The notes: generated by a model not told the origin, from the sequence alone. Positions 18,063-26,845 are shown, counted from the first letter of the stretch. The stretch: DNA of 28,703 nucleotides from an uncultured Gemmatimonadota bacterium (GCA_964584035.1 CAZOYL010000022.1:1-28703); one strand, 5' to 3'. Program-made: numbers and translations.

Positions 18063-18799
18063 TCGGGAAGGCGACCGCCGTGGATTCCCTCGTCATCACC
18101 GTCGTGTATGATAATGTTTCCACCCGGGAGGACCTGGAGCCCGCCTGGGGTTTTTCCTGTCTGATTCAGGGTTTGGAGAAGGTTATTCTGTTCGACACCG
18201 GCGCCGATGGGTCGACGCTGTTGTCCAATATGCAGGCGCTGAACCTGACCCCGAAATCTATCGATGCGGTGGTGCTGTCCCACCTGCACGGCGATCACAC
18301 CGGCGGGTTGTCCGATCTCCTGGGGGTGCATTCACATCTCACCGTCTTCGGCCTGGACTCTTTTCCAGTATCTATCAAGACGGAGATCACCGGCAGCGGT
18401 GCCGAGCTGGTGACGGTCACGGACTCGATGAGTGTCTGCCCCGGAGCTCTGCTCACCGGCCAGATGGGCGCCGGCATCCCGGAGAGCGGTCTGATCATCA
18501 GGACCTCCCGGGGATTGGTGATCATCACCGGCTGTGCCCATCCCGGCATCGTCGAGATGGTCGAGAAAAGCCTGGAACTTGCAGAAGGGCCTCCCGATCT
18601 GGTCATGGGCGGTTTTCATCTGTTCGGAACCTCCCGTCAGAGCGTTCGTGACCTCATCGACCGGTTTCGAGCCCTGGGCGTATGCCGGGTGGCCCCCTGT
18701 CACTGCACCGGCCCGGAAGCCATGGAGATGTTTCGCGAGAGTTTTCAGGAGCAGTATGTGCCCTGTGGAGTCGGTCAGGTCATTACCGTGAACCCCTAG
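18059..18799 (+). CDS. MBL-fold metallo-hydrolase (COG1237-like)
   Basis: 'WGFSCLI', 'LFDTG', HLHGDH, 'GCAHPG', 'GGFH', 'HCTG'. ATGA overlap with the previous gene. Confidence 0.9.
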   Translation: MIGKATAVDSLVITVVYDNVSTREDLEPAWGFSCLIQGLEKVILFDTGADGSTLLSNMQALNLTPKSIDAVVLSHLHGDHTGGLSDLLGVHSHLTVFGLDSFPVSIKTEITGSGAELVTVTDSMSVCPGALLTGQMGAGIPESGLIIRTSRGLVIITGCAHPGIVEMVEKSLELAEGPPDLVMGGFHLFGTSRQSVRDLIDRFRALGVCRVAPCHCTGPEAMEMFRESFQEQYVPCGVGQVITVNP

Positions 18800-18847
18800 T
18801 TGCCGTCTTCTGCGGCAGGGAGATGCTGAAAAGCGGAAGGAAGCCCT

Positions 18848-19714
18848 ATGATTATCGCCATCGCCTCCGGCAAAGGAGGCACCGGAAAGACCACCCTGGC
18901 CACCAATCTGGCCGTCAGTCTGGCCCGCCAGGGCCGGGCGGTGCAGTTGCTGGACTGCGACGTGGAGGAGCCCAACTGTCATCTGTTTCTCAGGCCCGAT
19001 ATCGAGACGACCGAGACGGTCGGCCTGCCGGTCCCGCGGGTCGATGAGCAGCGCTGCACCGGCTGCGGCCGGTGTGCCGATATCTGTCAGTTCAGCGCCA
19101 TCGTGTGCATCAAAGAAAAGGTGCTCGTTTTTCCCGAGCTGTGTCACGGTTGCGGAGGGTGCCTTCGGGTCTGTCCGGAGGGGGCCATTGCCGAGGTGCC
19201 GCGCGAGATCGGCGTGGTCGAGACGGGGCGCGCCGAAGGCCTGGCCTTCGTCCAGGGCCGCCTGCGAATCGGAGAGGCCATGTCGCCGCCCCTGATCCGG
19301 GCGGTCAAGGCCCGCATCTCCCGCCGGGAGGTAACCAGCATCATCGATGCCCCGCCGGGAACCTCCTGCCCGGTCATCGAGGCGATCAAGGACAGCCATG
19401 TTTGTCTGCTGGTCACCGAGCCCACGCCCTTCGGGCTCAACGATCTGGAACTGGCCGTGGGCATGGTGCGAGCGCTCCGGCTCCGCCATGGCGTGATCAT
19501 CAACCGGGCCGACATCGGAGATCGAAAGGTGAGGGAATACTGCCGCCGCGAGGGCATCGATGTCCTCCTGGAGATTCCAGACGATCGAAACATCGCCCGA
19601 GGCTACTCCCGGGGTCAGTTGATCCTGGATGCGGCCCCTGAATACGAGAAAACATTTCACGGCCTGATGGAAAAGATCGAGGCCCTGGCTGCCGCGGAGG
19701 GGGTGCAGACATGA
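18848..19714 (+). CDS. MinD-superfamily P-loop ATPase with inserted 2x[4Fe-4S] ferredoxin domain (COG1149-like), paralog 1
   Basis: SGKGGTGKT, DCDVEEPN, CTGCGRCADIC and CHGCGGCLRVCP, DAPPGTSCP, TEPTPFG. Confidence 0.92.
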   Translation: MIIAIASGKGGTGKTTLATNLAVSLARQGRAVQLLDCDVEEPNCHLFLRPDIETTETVGLPVPRVDEQRCTGCGRCADICQFSAIVCIKEKVLVFPELCHGCGGCLRVCPEGAIAEVPREIGVVETGRAEGLAFVQGRLRIGEAMSPPLIRAVKARISRREVTSIIDAPPGTSCPVIEAIKDSHVCLLVTEPTPFGLNDLELAVGMVRALRLRHGVIINRADIGDRKVREYCRREGIDVLLEIPDDRNIARGYSRGQLILDAAPEYEKTFHGLMEKIEALAAAEGVQT

Positions 19715-20577
19715 AGGAACTGGTGGTCATCAGCGGCAAGGGCGGCACAGGCAAGACCAGCATCGTGGCCTCATTCGCCGCCCTGACGAAGAACAAGGTG
19801 ATGGCCGACTGCGATGTGGATGCCGCCGACTTGCACCTGCTTCTGGAGCCGCGCATCAAAGAGCGGGCCGAGTTCTTCAGCAGTCAGGCGGCCGTGATCG
19901 ACCCGGAGCGCTGTAGCCGGTGCGGGACCTGTCGGGAGGTGTGCCGCTATGAGGCCATCGGGGAAGATTTCGTGGTGGACCGGATCGCCTGCGAGGGCTG
20001 CGGCGTGTGCGTGCACTTCTGCCCGGAGAAGGCCATCGAGCTGGTAAAAACCCGCTCCGGCGAGTGGTTTCTCTCCGACACCCGGTTCGGCCCCCTGGTG
20101 CACGCCCGGCTGGGTATTGCCGAGGAGAACTCCGGCAAGCTGGTGGCCCTGGTTCGGGAGAAGGCCAAAAAGATAGCCCGGAAAGAGGGTCGTGAGCTGA
20201 TCCTGGTGGATGGGGCTCCGGGGATCGGCTGCCCGGTGATCTCCTCGATCACCGGCGCCACCGCCGTGCTGGTGGTCACTGAGCCGACCCTGTCGGGGAT
20301 CCACGACATGAAGCGGGTGGTGGATCTGGCCGCCCATTTTCACATCCCCGTTTTCGTCTGCATCAACAAGTTCGATCTCAATCCGGATCTGACCTCCCGG
20401 GTGGAGAGTTACTGCCGGGAAGGCCGGCTGAAACTGGCAGGGAAGATCCCCTACGATAATGTGGTCACCAAGGCCATGGTGCAGGGAAAGACGGTGGTGG
20501 AATATTCCAGCGGAGTGGTGGCCAAGGAGATCGAGAAGCTCTGGCGCCAGATCAGCTACCATCTATCGGAGGGATGA
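19711..20577 (+). CDS. MinD-superfamily P-loop ATPase with inserted ferredoxin domain (COG1149-like), paralog 2
   Basis: SGKGGTGKT, DCDVDAAD, CSRCGTCREVC and CEGCGVCVHFCP, 'ENSGKLV', DGAPGIGCP. ATGA overlap. Confidence 0.92.
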   Translation: MKELVVISGKGGTGKTSIVASFAALTKNKVMADCDVDAADLHLLLEPRIKERAEFFSSQAAVIDPERCSRCGTCREVCRYEAIGEDFVVDRIACEGCGVCVHFCPEKAIELVKTRSGEWFLSDTRFGPLVHARLGIAEENSGKLVALVREKAKKIARKEGRELILVDGAPGIGCPVISSITGATAVLVVTEPTLSGIHDMKRVVDLAAHFHIPVFVCINKFDLNPDLTSRVESYCREGRLKLAGKIPYDNVVTKAMVQGKTVVEYSSGVVAKEIEKLWRQISYHLSEG

Positions 20578-21239
20578 GATCTGTGAATAGCAGAGCACAG
20601 CCCGGCTGGGGAGATGTTGTCGACAGCTATGAGGGTTGGTACCGGACGCCTCGCGGGCACAGATACGATGCCCTGGAGAAGGATCTTCTGGCCGGGCTGG
20701 TGGGGCCGGCGCAGGGCCGCCGGTTGCTGGAAATCGGCTGCGGGACGGGTCACTTCACCCGGTGGTTCCAGGAGCTGGGTTGGCGGGCCTGGGGGCTGGA
20801 TCTGGACGAGGGAATGCTGGCCCGGGCCGGAGAGCTCTCCGGGGAGGAAATCAGTTACTGTCGGGGAGATGCCGAAAGGCTTCCTTTTGCCGACCGGAGC
20901 TTCGATGTCTGCGCCCTGATCACCACTCTGGAATCCACAGCCCATCCGGACCGGACCCTGGGAGAAGCTCTCCGGGTCAGTCGTCAGACCGTTCTCCTGG
21001 GCGTGCTCAACACTCTCAGCTTTCTGGCCCTGTGGAGAAGAATCCGGGCGGTCTTTCGGCCGACCATTTTTTCTCAGACCAGATTTTATTCCGGGCCCGC
21101 CCTGTGCGCCATGATCCGGAGGGTATCATGTCGGCTGGGAATTCCCGTCTCAGTGAAGATTGCTTCCGCGAGAAAAGGTTTCTTTAAGCGTTTTCCCTTG
21201 GGCGCCTTCTTCGCCGTAACCGTGGAGAGAGAAAAATAG
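20574..21239 (+). CDS. Class I SAM-dependent methyltransferase
   Basis: LLEIGCGTG, 'GLDLDEGML', 'GDAERLPFADRSFD'. ATGA overlap. Confidence 0.9.
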   Translation: MRSVNSRAQPGWGDVVDSYEGWYRTPRGHRYDALEKDLLAGLVGPAQGRRLLEIGCGTGHFTRWFQELGWRAWGLDLDEGMLARAGELSGEEISYCRGDAERLPFADRSFDVCALITTLESTAHPDRTLGEALRVSRQTVLLGVLNTLSFLALWRRIRAVFRPTIFSQTRFYSGPALCAMIRRVSCRLGIPVSVKIASARKGFFKRFPLGAFFAVTVEREK

Positions 21240-21705
21240 GTGGTATCAGCGGATGTTTTTATATATTTTAACATTTTTCTATATGTTGAAGATCGGTTCA
21301 TGGAGGGTTGGCGTGTCGGGAGCACAGTGTGAACATCTGGGATAAGTGAAGATGAAAAATGTTCACTAATGATAATCAATGAGCATGAATGACCGCCTTG
21401 CCCCTCTCTCGAAAAGAGAACCATCCTGGACACCGTCAGACGGCTTCAGGAGCAGGGAGGGTTGATCGGACACCTCAATGACCCCGCACATATTCAACTG
21501 AGAGTTCGGAACGATGAAGAATACCATTTCAGAGAAACAAGGTCCAGAACTCCGTGGAGTCATGCCGGAAAGGGCGGCATCTGTCTATGGGTATGAACAA
21601 TTCATTCAGGATCGCTAGAGAGGAAGGTAGTAATATGGTCAGAATCGGTACGGCTATCTTCGGCCGAAGGGAACCGTAAGATCGAATATGGGAGAAAAAG
21701 AATCG

Positions 21706-21714
21706 TGGTATAAC
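21706..21714 (+). promoter_or_regulatory. Candidate extended -10 promoter upstream of the mrp gene
   Basis: TGGTATAAC ~105 bp before the start. No recognisable -35. Confidence 0.3.
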
Positions 21715-21819
21715 ACGTTGAATCAGTTAAGAGTGGCCATGGTTGGAAGTTCACCTCTGTGGCCGCGGGAGTGAATCCGGAGGGAGAGTTTCCAAAGTTT
21801 CAACGACAAAGGAGAACCG

Positions 21820-23118
21820 ATGAAGGCACAGGTCGAACAACAGGACCAGGCTTTCCAGAAACAGCAGGATGCGGATGAAAAAGCGCTTCGCCGGCGGATG
21901 GACCAGATCCAGCACAAGATCCTCATCCTCAGCGGAAAGGGCGGCGTGGGGAAGAGCACCGTGGCCGCCAATCTGGCCATGACATTGGCCCGGGACGGGA
22001 AAAAGGTCGGCCTGCTGGATGTGGATATCCACGGTCCCAGCATCCCCAAACTGGTGGGCATCATGGGACAGGTTCCCCAGATGGGCGAGCAGACCATCAC
22101 GCCCATCAAGGTCGGCGATCGCCTGTTCGTCATGTCCATGGGCTCGCTGCTGCAGCATCAGGATCTCGCCGTCATCTGGCGGGGACCCTTGAAGATGGGT
22201 GCTATCAAACAGTTCCTAAAAGATGTGGAATGGGGCCAGCTGGATTTTCTGATCATCGACTCCCCTCCGGGGACCGGCGACGAGCCCCTCTCGGTGGCCC
22301 AGTTGATCCCGGATATGGACGGCGCCATTTTAGTGACCAGCCCGCAGGACCTCTCCGTGCTGGACGTGCGCAAGACGGTGACCTTCTGCCGTCAGCTGAA
22401 CATGCCGGTGCTGGGCGTTGTCGAGAACATGAGCGGATTGACCTGTCCCCACTGCGGCAAAGAGATCGACGTGTTCAAAAAAGGCGGCGGCGAGCGGATG
22501 GCTCTGGAGATGAATGTGCCTTTCCTGGGACGGATCCCCATTGATCCTCAGGTAGTAGAAGCCTCGGACGCCGGCCTATCCTTTGTCTCGGAATATCCGG
22601 AGACCCCAACGGCCCAGGCCTTCGAAGAGGTCGTCCGGGTCCTTCTGGCCGGCCTGAGCCGGCCCGGGCGGAAGGCCTCCGCGACGGGCGCCGCTCCGTC
22701 TGAATCCGGCGGGGAGGAGACGTCCCGGGACCAGCAGAGGTCTCCAGGCGAAAAAACGTCGCCGCGCAAGGGAGCGTCCGGGAATCTCAAGGTCGCCATT
22801 CCCACGGCCGATGGAAAGCTGACCGCCCATTTCGGGCATTGCCGCCAGTTCGCCATCGTCGAGGTGGTCGACGGCCGGGTGAAGGCGACCACCATGGTCG
22901 AGCCGCCCGCTCATGAGCCCGGCGTGCTTCCCGAATGGCTTCACCAGCAGGGAGTCACTCTGGTCATCGCCGGCGGCATGGGGCAGCGAGCCCAGGGCCA
23001 CTTCACCGAAAAGGGCATCCGGGTGATCATTGGAGCGCCGTCTCTGTCGCCGGAGGAGCTGGCCCGTCAGTACCTGGACGGTACCCTGTCGGCGGGCGAG
23101 AATATCTGCGACCATTGA
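21820..23118 (+). CDS. apbC: Mrp/NBP35 (ApbC) Fe-S carrier ATPase fused to a C-terminal NifB/NifX domain
   Basis: SGKGGVGKS, DVDIHGPS, WRGP, DSPPGTGDE, ENMSGLTCPHC. Linker, then 'HFGHC..F...HEPG..P..L...GGMG..A...NICDH'. Confidence 0.92.
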   Translation: MKAQVEQQDQAFQKQQDADEKALRRRMDQIQHKILILSGKGGVGKSTVAANLAMTLARDGKKVGLLDVDIHGPSIPKLVGIMGQVPQMGEQTITPIKVGDRLFVMSMGSLLQHQDLAVIWRGPLKMGAIKQFLKDVEWGQLDFLIIDSPPGTGDEPLSVAQLIPDMDGAILVTSPQDLSVLDVRKTVTFCRQLNMPVLGVVENMSGLTCPHCGKEIDVFKKGGGERMALEMNVPFLGRIPIDPQVVEASDAGLSFVSEYPETPTAQAFEEVVRVLLAGLSRPGRKASATGAAPSESGGEETSRDQQRSPGEKTSPRKGASGNLKVAIPTADGKLTAHFGHCRQFAIVEVVDGRVKATTMVEPPAHEPGVLPEWLHQQGVTLVIAGGMGQRAQGHFTEKGIRVIIGAPSLSPEELARQYLDGTLSAGENICDH

Positions 23119-23167
23119 AAGTATTCATGCCGTCAAGAGCCAACGATGAATAACCAGGAGGAAAGCC

Positions 23168-23419
23168 ATGCCGACCTATCTGTATCGCTGCCAGAAGTGC
23201 GGTCAGCAGTTCGAGCGGGAACAGGGAATGAAGGACAAGCCCCTGAAACAGTGTCCGAAATGTCAGGGGGCGGTCCAGCGAGTCATCACCGGTGGACAGG
23301 GATTTATCTTCAAGGGCGGGGCCCCGACGCCCACCTTCGGTGAGAAGAGCGCCGCCGGGTCCTCCTGCTGCGGCCTGAACGATCCCTGCAGCGATCCCAA
23401 GCGGTGTTGCGGCCGCTGA
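23168..23419 (+). CDS. FmdB-family zinc-ribbon protein with Cys-rich tail
   Basis: MPTYLYRCQKC...CPKC...FIFKG, tail SCCGLNDPCSDPKRCC. Confidence 0.88.
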   Translation: MPTYLYRCQKCGQQFEREQGMKDKPLKQCPKCQGAVQRVITGGQGFIFKGGAPTPTFGEKSAAGSSCCGLNDPCSDPKRCCGR

Positions 23420-23457
23420 TCTGACCCGGTCCCATTCTCTGGTGGAGGAGGCTGAAG

Positions 23458-24393
23458 ATGCCATCGCACCTCTATGGTCCGGTGCTGTCCCGCCGACTGG
23501 GGCATTCCCTGGGTGTGGACATCACCCCGCTGAAGACCTGCAGCTACGACTGCCTGTACTGCCAGCTGGGCAAAACCACCCGGAAATCCATCCGGCGGGA
23601 GCATTTCTATCCCCCCGGGGAGATCCTGGAGCAGATCGAGACGGCTCTCCGGGAAGGTTCGGGGCCCGATGTGGTCACCTTCTCGGGTTCCGGCGAGCCC
23701 ACCCTGAATGCCGACCTGGGCGAGCTCATCCGGGGCGTCAAGGCCTTTACCGAGGTGCCGGTGGCCGTCATCACCAACAGTTCCCTGATCGCCGATCCCG
23801 GGGTGCAGGAGGATCTGCTGGCCGCCGACCTGGTGGTGCCCTCCTTTGACGCCGCCGGCGATGAGGTCTTCCAGGCCATCAACCGGCCGCACCCCGAGGT
23901 GGAGCTGGTTAAAATCCGCGACGGGCTGGTCCGTTTCCGGGACAGATACGAAGGTGAGATTCGTCTGGAGATCCTCTTTCTGGATGGCGTCAATAACCAC
24001 CCCGAGGAGCTGGAGCGTCTGCGCCTGGCAGCCCGCGAGATCCGCCCCGACGGGATCGATCTGAACACGGCTGTTCGACCCCCGGCGGAGCCGTCCGCGA
24101 AAGCCCTGTCCTATGAACAGCTCGAGACCATCAGGGATTTCTTCGGGGAAAAGGCCCGGATCGTCTTTCGGTCGCCGCTGCTGCGCCGCCAGGCCAGCTC
24201 TCACCGGACCGGCCAGGCCATCCTGGAGATGGTCGGCCGGAGGCCCTGCAGCCTGGAGGAGCTGAGCGCCGCCCTGGGATTTCACCGCCATGAGATCAGC
24301 AAGTTTCTGGGAGCGCTGGTTGAGGAGGGAAAGATAGAGGAGCGGCGCCACGCCGGGGGCACCTTCTTCGTGGCCGGGGAAGACCGTTCGTGA
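23458..24393 (+). CDS. Radical SAM protein (COG0731-like) with probable C-terminal winged-helix
   Basis: 'YGPVLSRRLGHSLGVD', CSYDCLYC, 'TFSGSGEPTL', 'TNSSL', 'INRP', C-terminal 'RRPCSLEELS..LG'. Confidence 0.92.
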   Translation: MPSHLYGPVLSRRLGHSLGVDITPLKTCSYDCLYCQLGKTTRKSIRREHFYPPGEILEQIETALREGSGPDVVTFSGSGEPTLNADLGELIRGVKAFTEVPVAVITNSSLIADPGVQEDLLAADLVVPSFDAAGDEVFQAINRPHPEVELVKIRDGLVRFRDRYEGEIRLEILFLDGVNNHPEELERLRLAAREIRPDGIDLNTAVRPPAEPSAKALSYEQLETIRDFFGEKARIVFRSPLLRRQASSHRTGQAILEMVGRRPCSLEELSAALGFHRHEISKFLGALVEEGKIEERRHAGGTFFVAGEDRS

Positions 24394-24446
24394 TCTTCGT
24401 CTGGAGAGGAGCAGCGGGCCTTAATTTGCAATGAGTTCTTTGCTTT

Positions 24447-24476
24447 AGGGGCGGTTGGTGAACCGCCCCTTTTTTT
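24447..24476 (+). terminator. Rho-independent terminator ending the sigma54 operon
   Basis: AGGGGCGGTT-ggtg-AACCGCCCCT followed by TTTTTT. Confidence 0.9.
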
Positions 24477-24496
24477 GTTCCCGCCTGACGTCCGGC

Positions 24497-26845
24497 TTAC
24501 TGGCCCGAACTCTTCGACCCGGGCCAGACGGCATCGACGCTGACTTCCACACGGTAAGCCCGTCCGGCTGCGGCGGCAAAGTTGCCGATGGGGATGGGGA
24601 TGGTGGTGTAGGTGGTGTAGGTCTGGGCGGTGGCGTTCCACTCGCTGACGGTGTAGCAGTCGACGGCCGGCGAACTGTTGGCCTCGATATGGTCCTTCAG
24701 GTCCGAGGCGCTGTCCATGGCGGCGATGTGCATGGGAACGGAGATCCAGGTGTAGTCCGTGCCGGTGGTGGTGGTCAGATCGAAGCTCACCGAATCCTGC
24801 GGGGGCACATCTCCCGTCAGGGACCAGACGGCATCGCCGTCGACCTCCACCCGATAAGGCCGCCCCGGCTGGAGCGGGAAGTCACCCAGCGGGATGGGGA
24901 TGGTGGTGTAGGTGGTATAGGTCTGGGCGGTGGCGTTCCACTCGCTGACGGTGTAGCAATCGACGGCCGGCGAGCTGTTGGCCTCGATATGGTCCTCCAG
25001 GTCCGAGGCCATGGCCAGAGCGGCATCGCTGAGACAGAGGGTCACCCAGGTGTAATCCGTGCCGGTGGTGGTCTTCAGGCTGAAGTCGTATTCGCCGACG
25101 GCATTGGAGACCGGCGACCGGTTCTCCGATGTGTCCACCGATCTCACCCGATAGACCCGGTTGGTGTCCGGCTGTCCCACGGCTCCGGCATCCAGGTAGG
25201 TGGTGTCGGTGGTGCCGCCCACCGAATCACCCGGCGTGACGGCCGAGGCGCTGCGGTAGATGATATAGCGGGCCACGGCGATGTTGTCGAAGGGCTCCGA
25301 CCAGGTCAGCCGGGCGTCGCCGCCCTTGGAAAAGTTTTCCACCGAGATGGTCAGGTCGTCGATGGCACTGGGCGGCACGGCGTCCCCTCCGGCCAGGTTC
25401 ATCTTGGCGGCGAAGCCGTCGTCGCCGTTGACCAGGGTATCGAAAACCATCGGAGTGATGGGGAAATTGGCCGAAGCGGTCAATCCGGTCAGGTAGATGT
25501 TGTCGAAATCGTCGATGACGATATCGGATCCCCAGTCGGCGCCGCTGCCTCCCAGGAATGTCGAATAGAACAGGCTGTCGCCGGCGATCTTCAGGGCGGT
25601 GACGAAGGCGTCATCCTGACCGTTGGCGGTGGGATCGAAGGCCCCCACCGTGGCGGGATAGTTCGAGGAATAGGTCTCGCCGGTGACGAAGGCCCGCTGA
25701 TTCTGATCCAGGCTGATGCCGTTGGCCAGATCGGACTGGGACCCGCCTATATAGGTTGAATACCGCAGGCCGCCGCCGGATGCGGTCAACTTGCTGACGA
25801 AGGCCTCGCCGTTGGAAAAGAGCGTATCGAAGCAGCCCGCGGTGACCGGAAAATCGGACGAGTAGGTCTCTCCGGCCACGTGGGCCTGGAGGGTGTCGTC
25901 CAGGACGATACCGTAGCCGTAATCGGAATTGTTGCCTCCCAGATAGGTGCTGTATATCAGCGTGCTGCCGGAGGTGTTCAGCTTGGCCACGAACACATCG
26001 TAGTCCCCGTTGTGCGAGGTGTCGTAGGCGCTGGGGGTGGCGGGAAAGTCCAGCGAGTTGGAGTATCCCGTCAAATAGGCGTTTCCGGAGTTGTCGGTGA
26101 CGATATCACGGCCGTAATCCTCCTCGCCGCCGCCCAGAAAGGTGGAATAGAGCAGCGTGCTGCCGGCCGGGTTCAGCTTGGTCACGAAGGCCTCGACGTT
26201 GGCGAAGGAGGTATCGACGGCCTCCTGGGTGGTGGGAAAATCTCCGGCGCCGGCGCTGCCGGTGATCAGAATATTGCCCGGGTTATCCAGCGTGATGCCG
26301 TACCCCACATCGAAACCGCCGCTGCCCAGGAAGGTGGAGAAGACCAGATTCGTGCCCGTGCTATTCAGCTTGACCACGAAGGCGTCCTGAAAACCGTTGT
26401 GGGTGGTGTCGTAGGAACCATAGGTGACGGGAAAGTCGGCCGACCAGGTGGCCCCGGTGACGCAGGCGCGATTGCTGCCGTCCAGGACGATGTCAAAACC
26501 TTCCTCGGGCATGCTGCCACCCAGATAAGTGGCGTAGATCAACACGGTGCCGTTGGCATTGAGCTTGGCCACGAAGGCGTCCCCGCCGCTCCCGGAGCTG
26601 TCGTAAGCTCCGGCGGTGATGGGAAAATCGGCCGATCCGGTCTGTCCCACCAGATAGATGTTGCCGCCCTCATCATAGGTCACGCCGTAGCCGATATCGG
26701 CACCGGTACCGCCCAGGAAAGTGCTCCAGATCAGATCGGTGACATCGGCCCGGGCCGGATGAACGGCCGTGAACAGGGCCATCGCCAGAAATAACAGCAC
26801 CAGCCACGGCGCGAAAAACGGACCTGCCCATGTCGCTGGTTTCAT
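24497..26845 (-). CDS. Secreted SBBP-repeat beta-propeller protein with FN3-like domain and duplicated C-terminal domain
   Basis: Signal peptide ending ARA. Seven '[ST]T[FY][LI]G[GS]...G.T.S.DFP...DAFV.KL' repeats. 'PPSAIDDL..LTWSEP..Y.IYR' FN3-like segment. Two 87-aa repeats. ATG at 26845 after AAGGAGG. Confidence 0.88.
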   Translation of the reverse strand: MKPATWAGPFFAPWLVLLFLAMALFTAVHPARADVTDLIWSTFLGGTGADIGYGVTYDEGGNIYLVGQTGSADFPITAGAYDSSGSGGDAFVAKLNANGTVLIYATYLGGSMPEEGFDIVLDGSNRACVTGATWSADFPVTYGSYDTTHNGFQDAFVVKLNSTGTNLVFSTFLGSGGFDVGYGITLDNPGNILITGSAGAGDFPTTQEAVDTSFANVEAFVTKLNPAGSTLLYSTFLGGGEEDYGRDIVTDNSGNAYLTGYSNSLDFPATPSAYDTSHNGDYDVFVAKLNTSGSTLIYSTYLGGNNSDYGYGIVLDDTLQAHVAGETYSSDFPVTAGCFDTLFSNGEAFVSKLTASGGGLRYSTYIGGSQSDLANGISLDQNQRAFVTGETYSSNYPATVGAFDPTANGQDDAFVTALKIAGDSLFYSTFLGGSGADWGSDIVIDDFDNIYLTGLTASANFPITPMVFDTLVNGDDGFAAKMNLAGGDAVPPSAIDDLTISVENFSKGGDARLTWSEPFDNIAVARYIIYRSASAVTPGDSVGGTTDTTYLDAGAVGQPDTNRVYRVRSVDTSENRSPVSNAVGEYDFSLKTTTGTDYTWVTLCLSDAALAMASDLEDHIEANSSPAVDCYTVSEWNATAQTYTTYTTIPIPLGDFPLQPGRPYRVEVDGDAVWSLTGDVPPQDSVSFDLTTTTGTDYTWISVPMHIAAMDSASDLKDHIEANSSPAVDCYTVSEWNATAQTYTTYTTIPIPIGNFAAAAGRAYRVEVSVDAVWPGSKSSGQ
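24524..25084 (-). repeat. Intragenic duplication with 300-bp period
   Basis: 24524-24784 vs 24824-25084. The core 24591-24709 vs 24891-25009 differs at only 4 of 119 bases. Confidence 0.92.

Noticed and set aside
18332..24351. Long - strand ORFs (442, 263 and 362 aa) within the operon
   Set aside because: Antisense shadows of motif-rich + strand genes.
13696..24393. Nitrogen fixation (nif) cluster
   Set aside because: No NifH, D, K, E or N. The radical SAM protein lacks NifB features and the ATPases are COG1149/Mrp type.
23458..24393. Wyosine synthase TYW1 or a SPASM-type RiPP maturase
   Set aside because: Only the core CxxxCxxC is present, with no auxiliary-cluster Cys motif or RRE. This also weakens the RiPP reading of the DUF5320-like peptides.
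24591..25009. DGR template/variable repeat pair
   Set aside because: Both copies are in frame within one gene, the 4 mismatches are not adenine-specific on either strand, and no reverse transcriptase is in the window.
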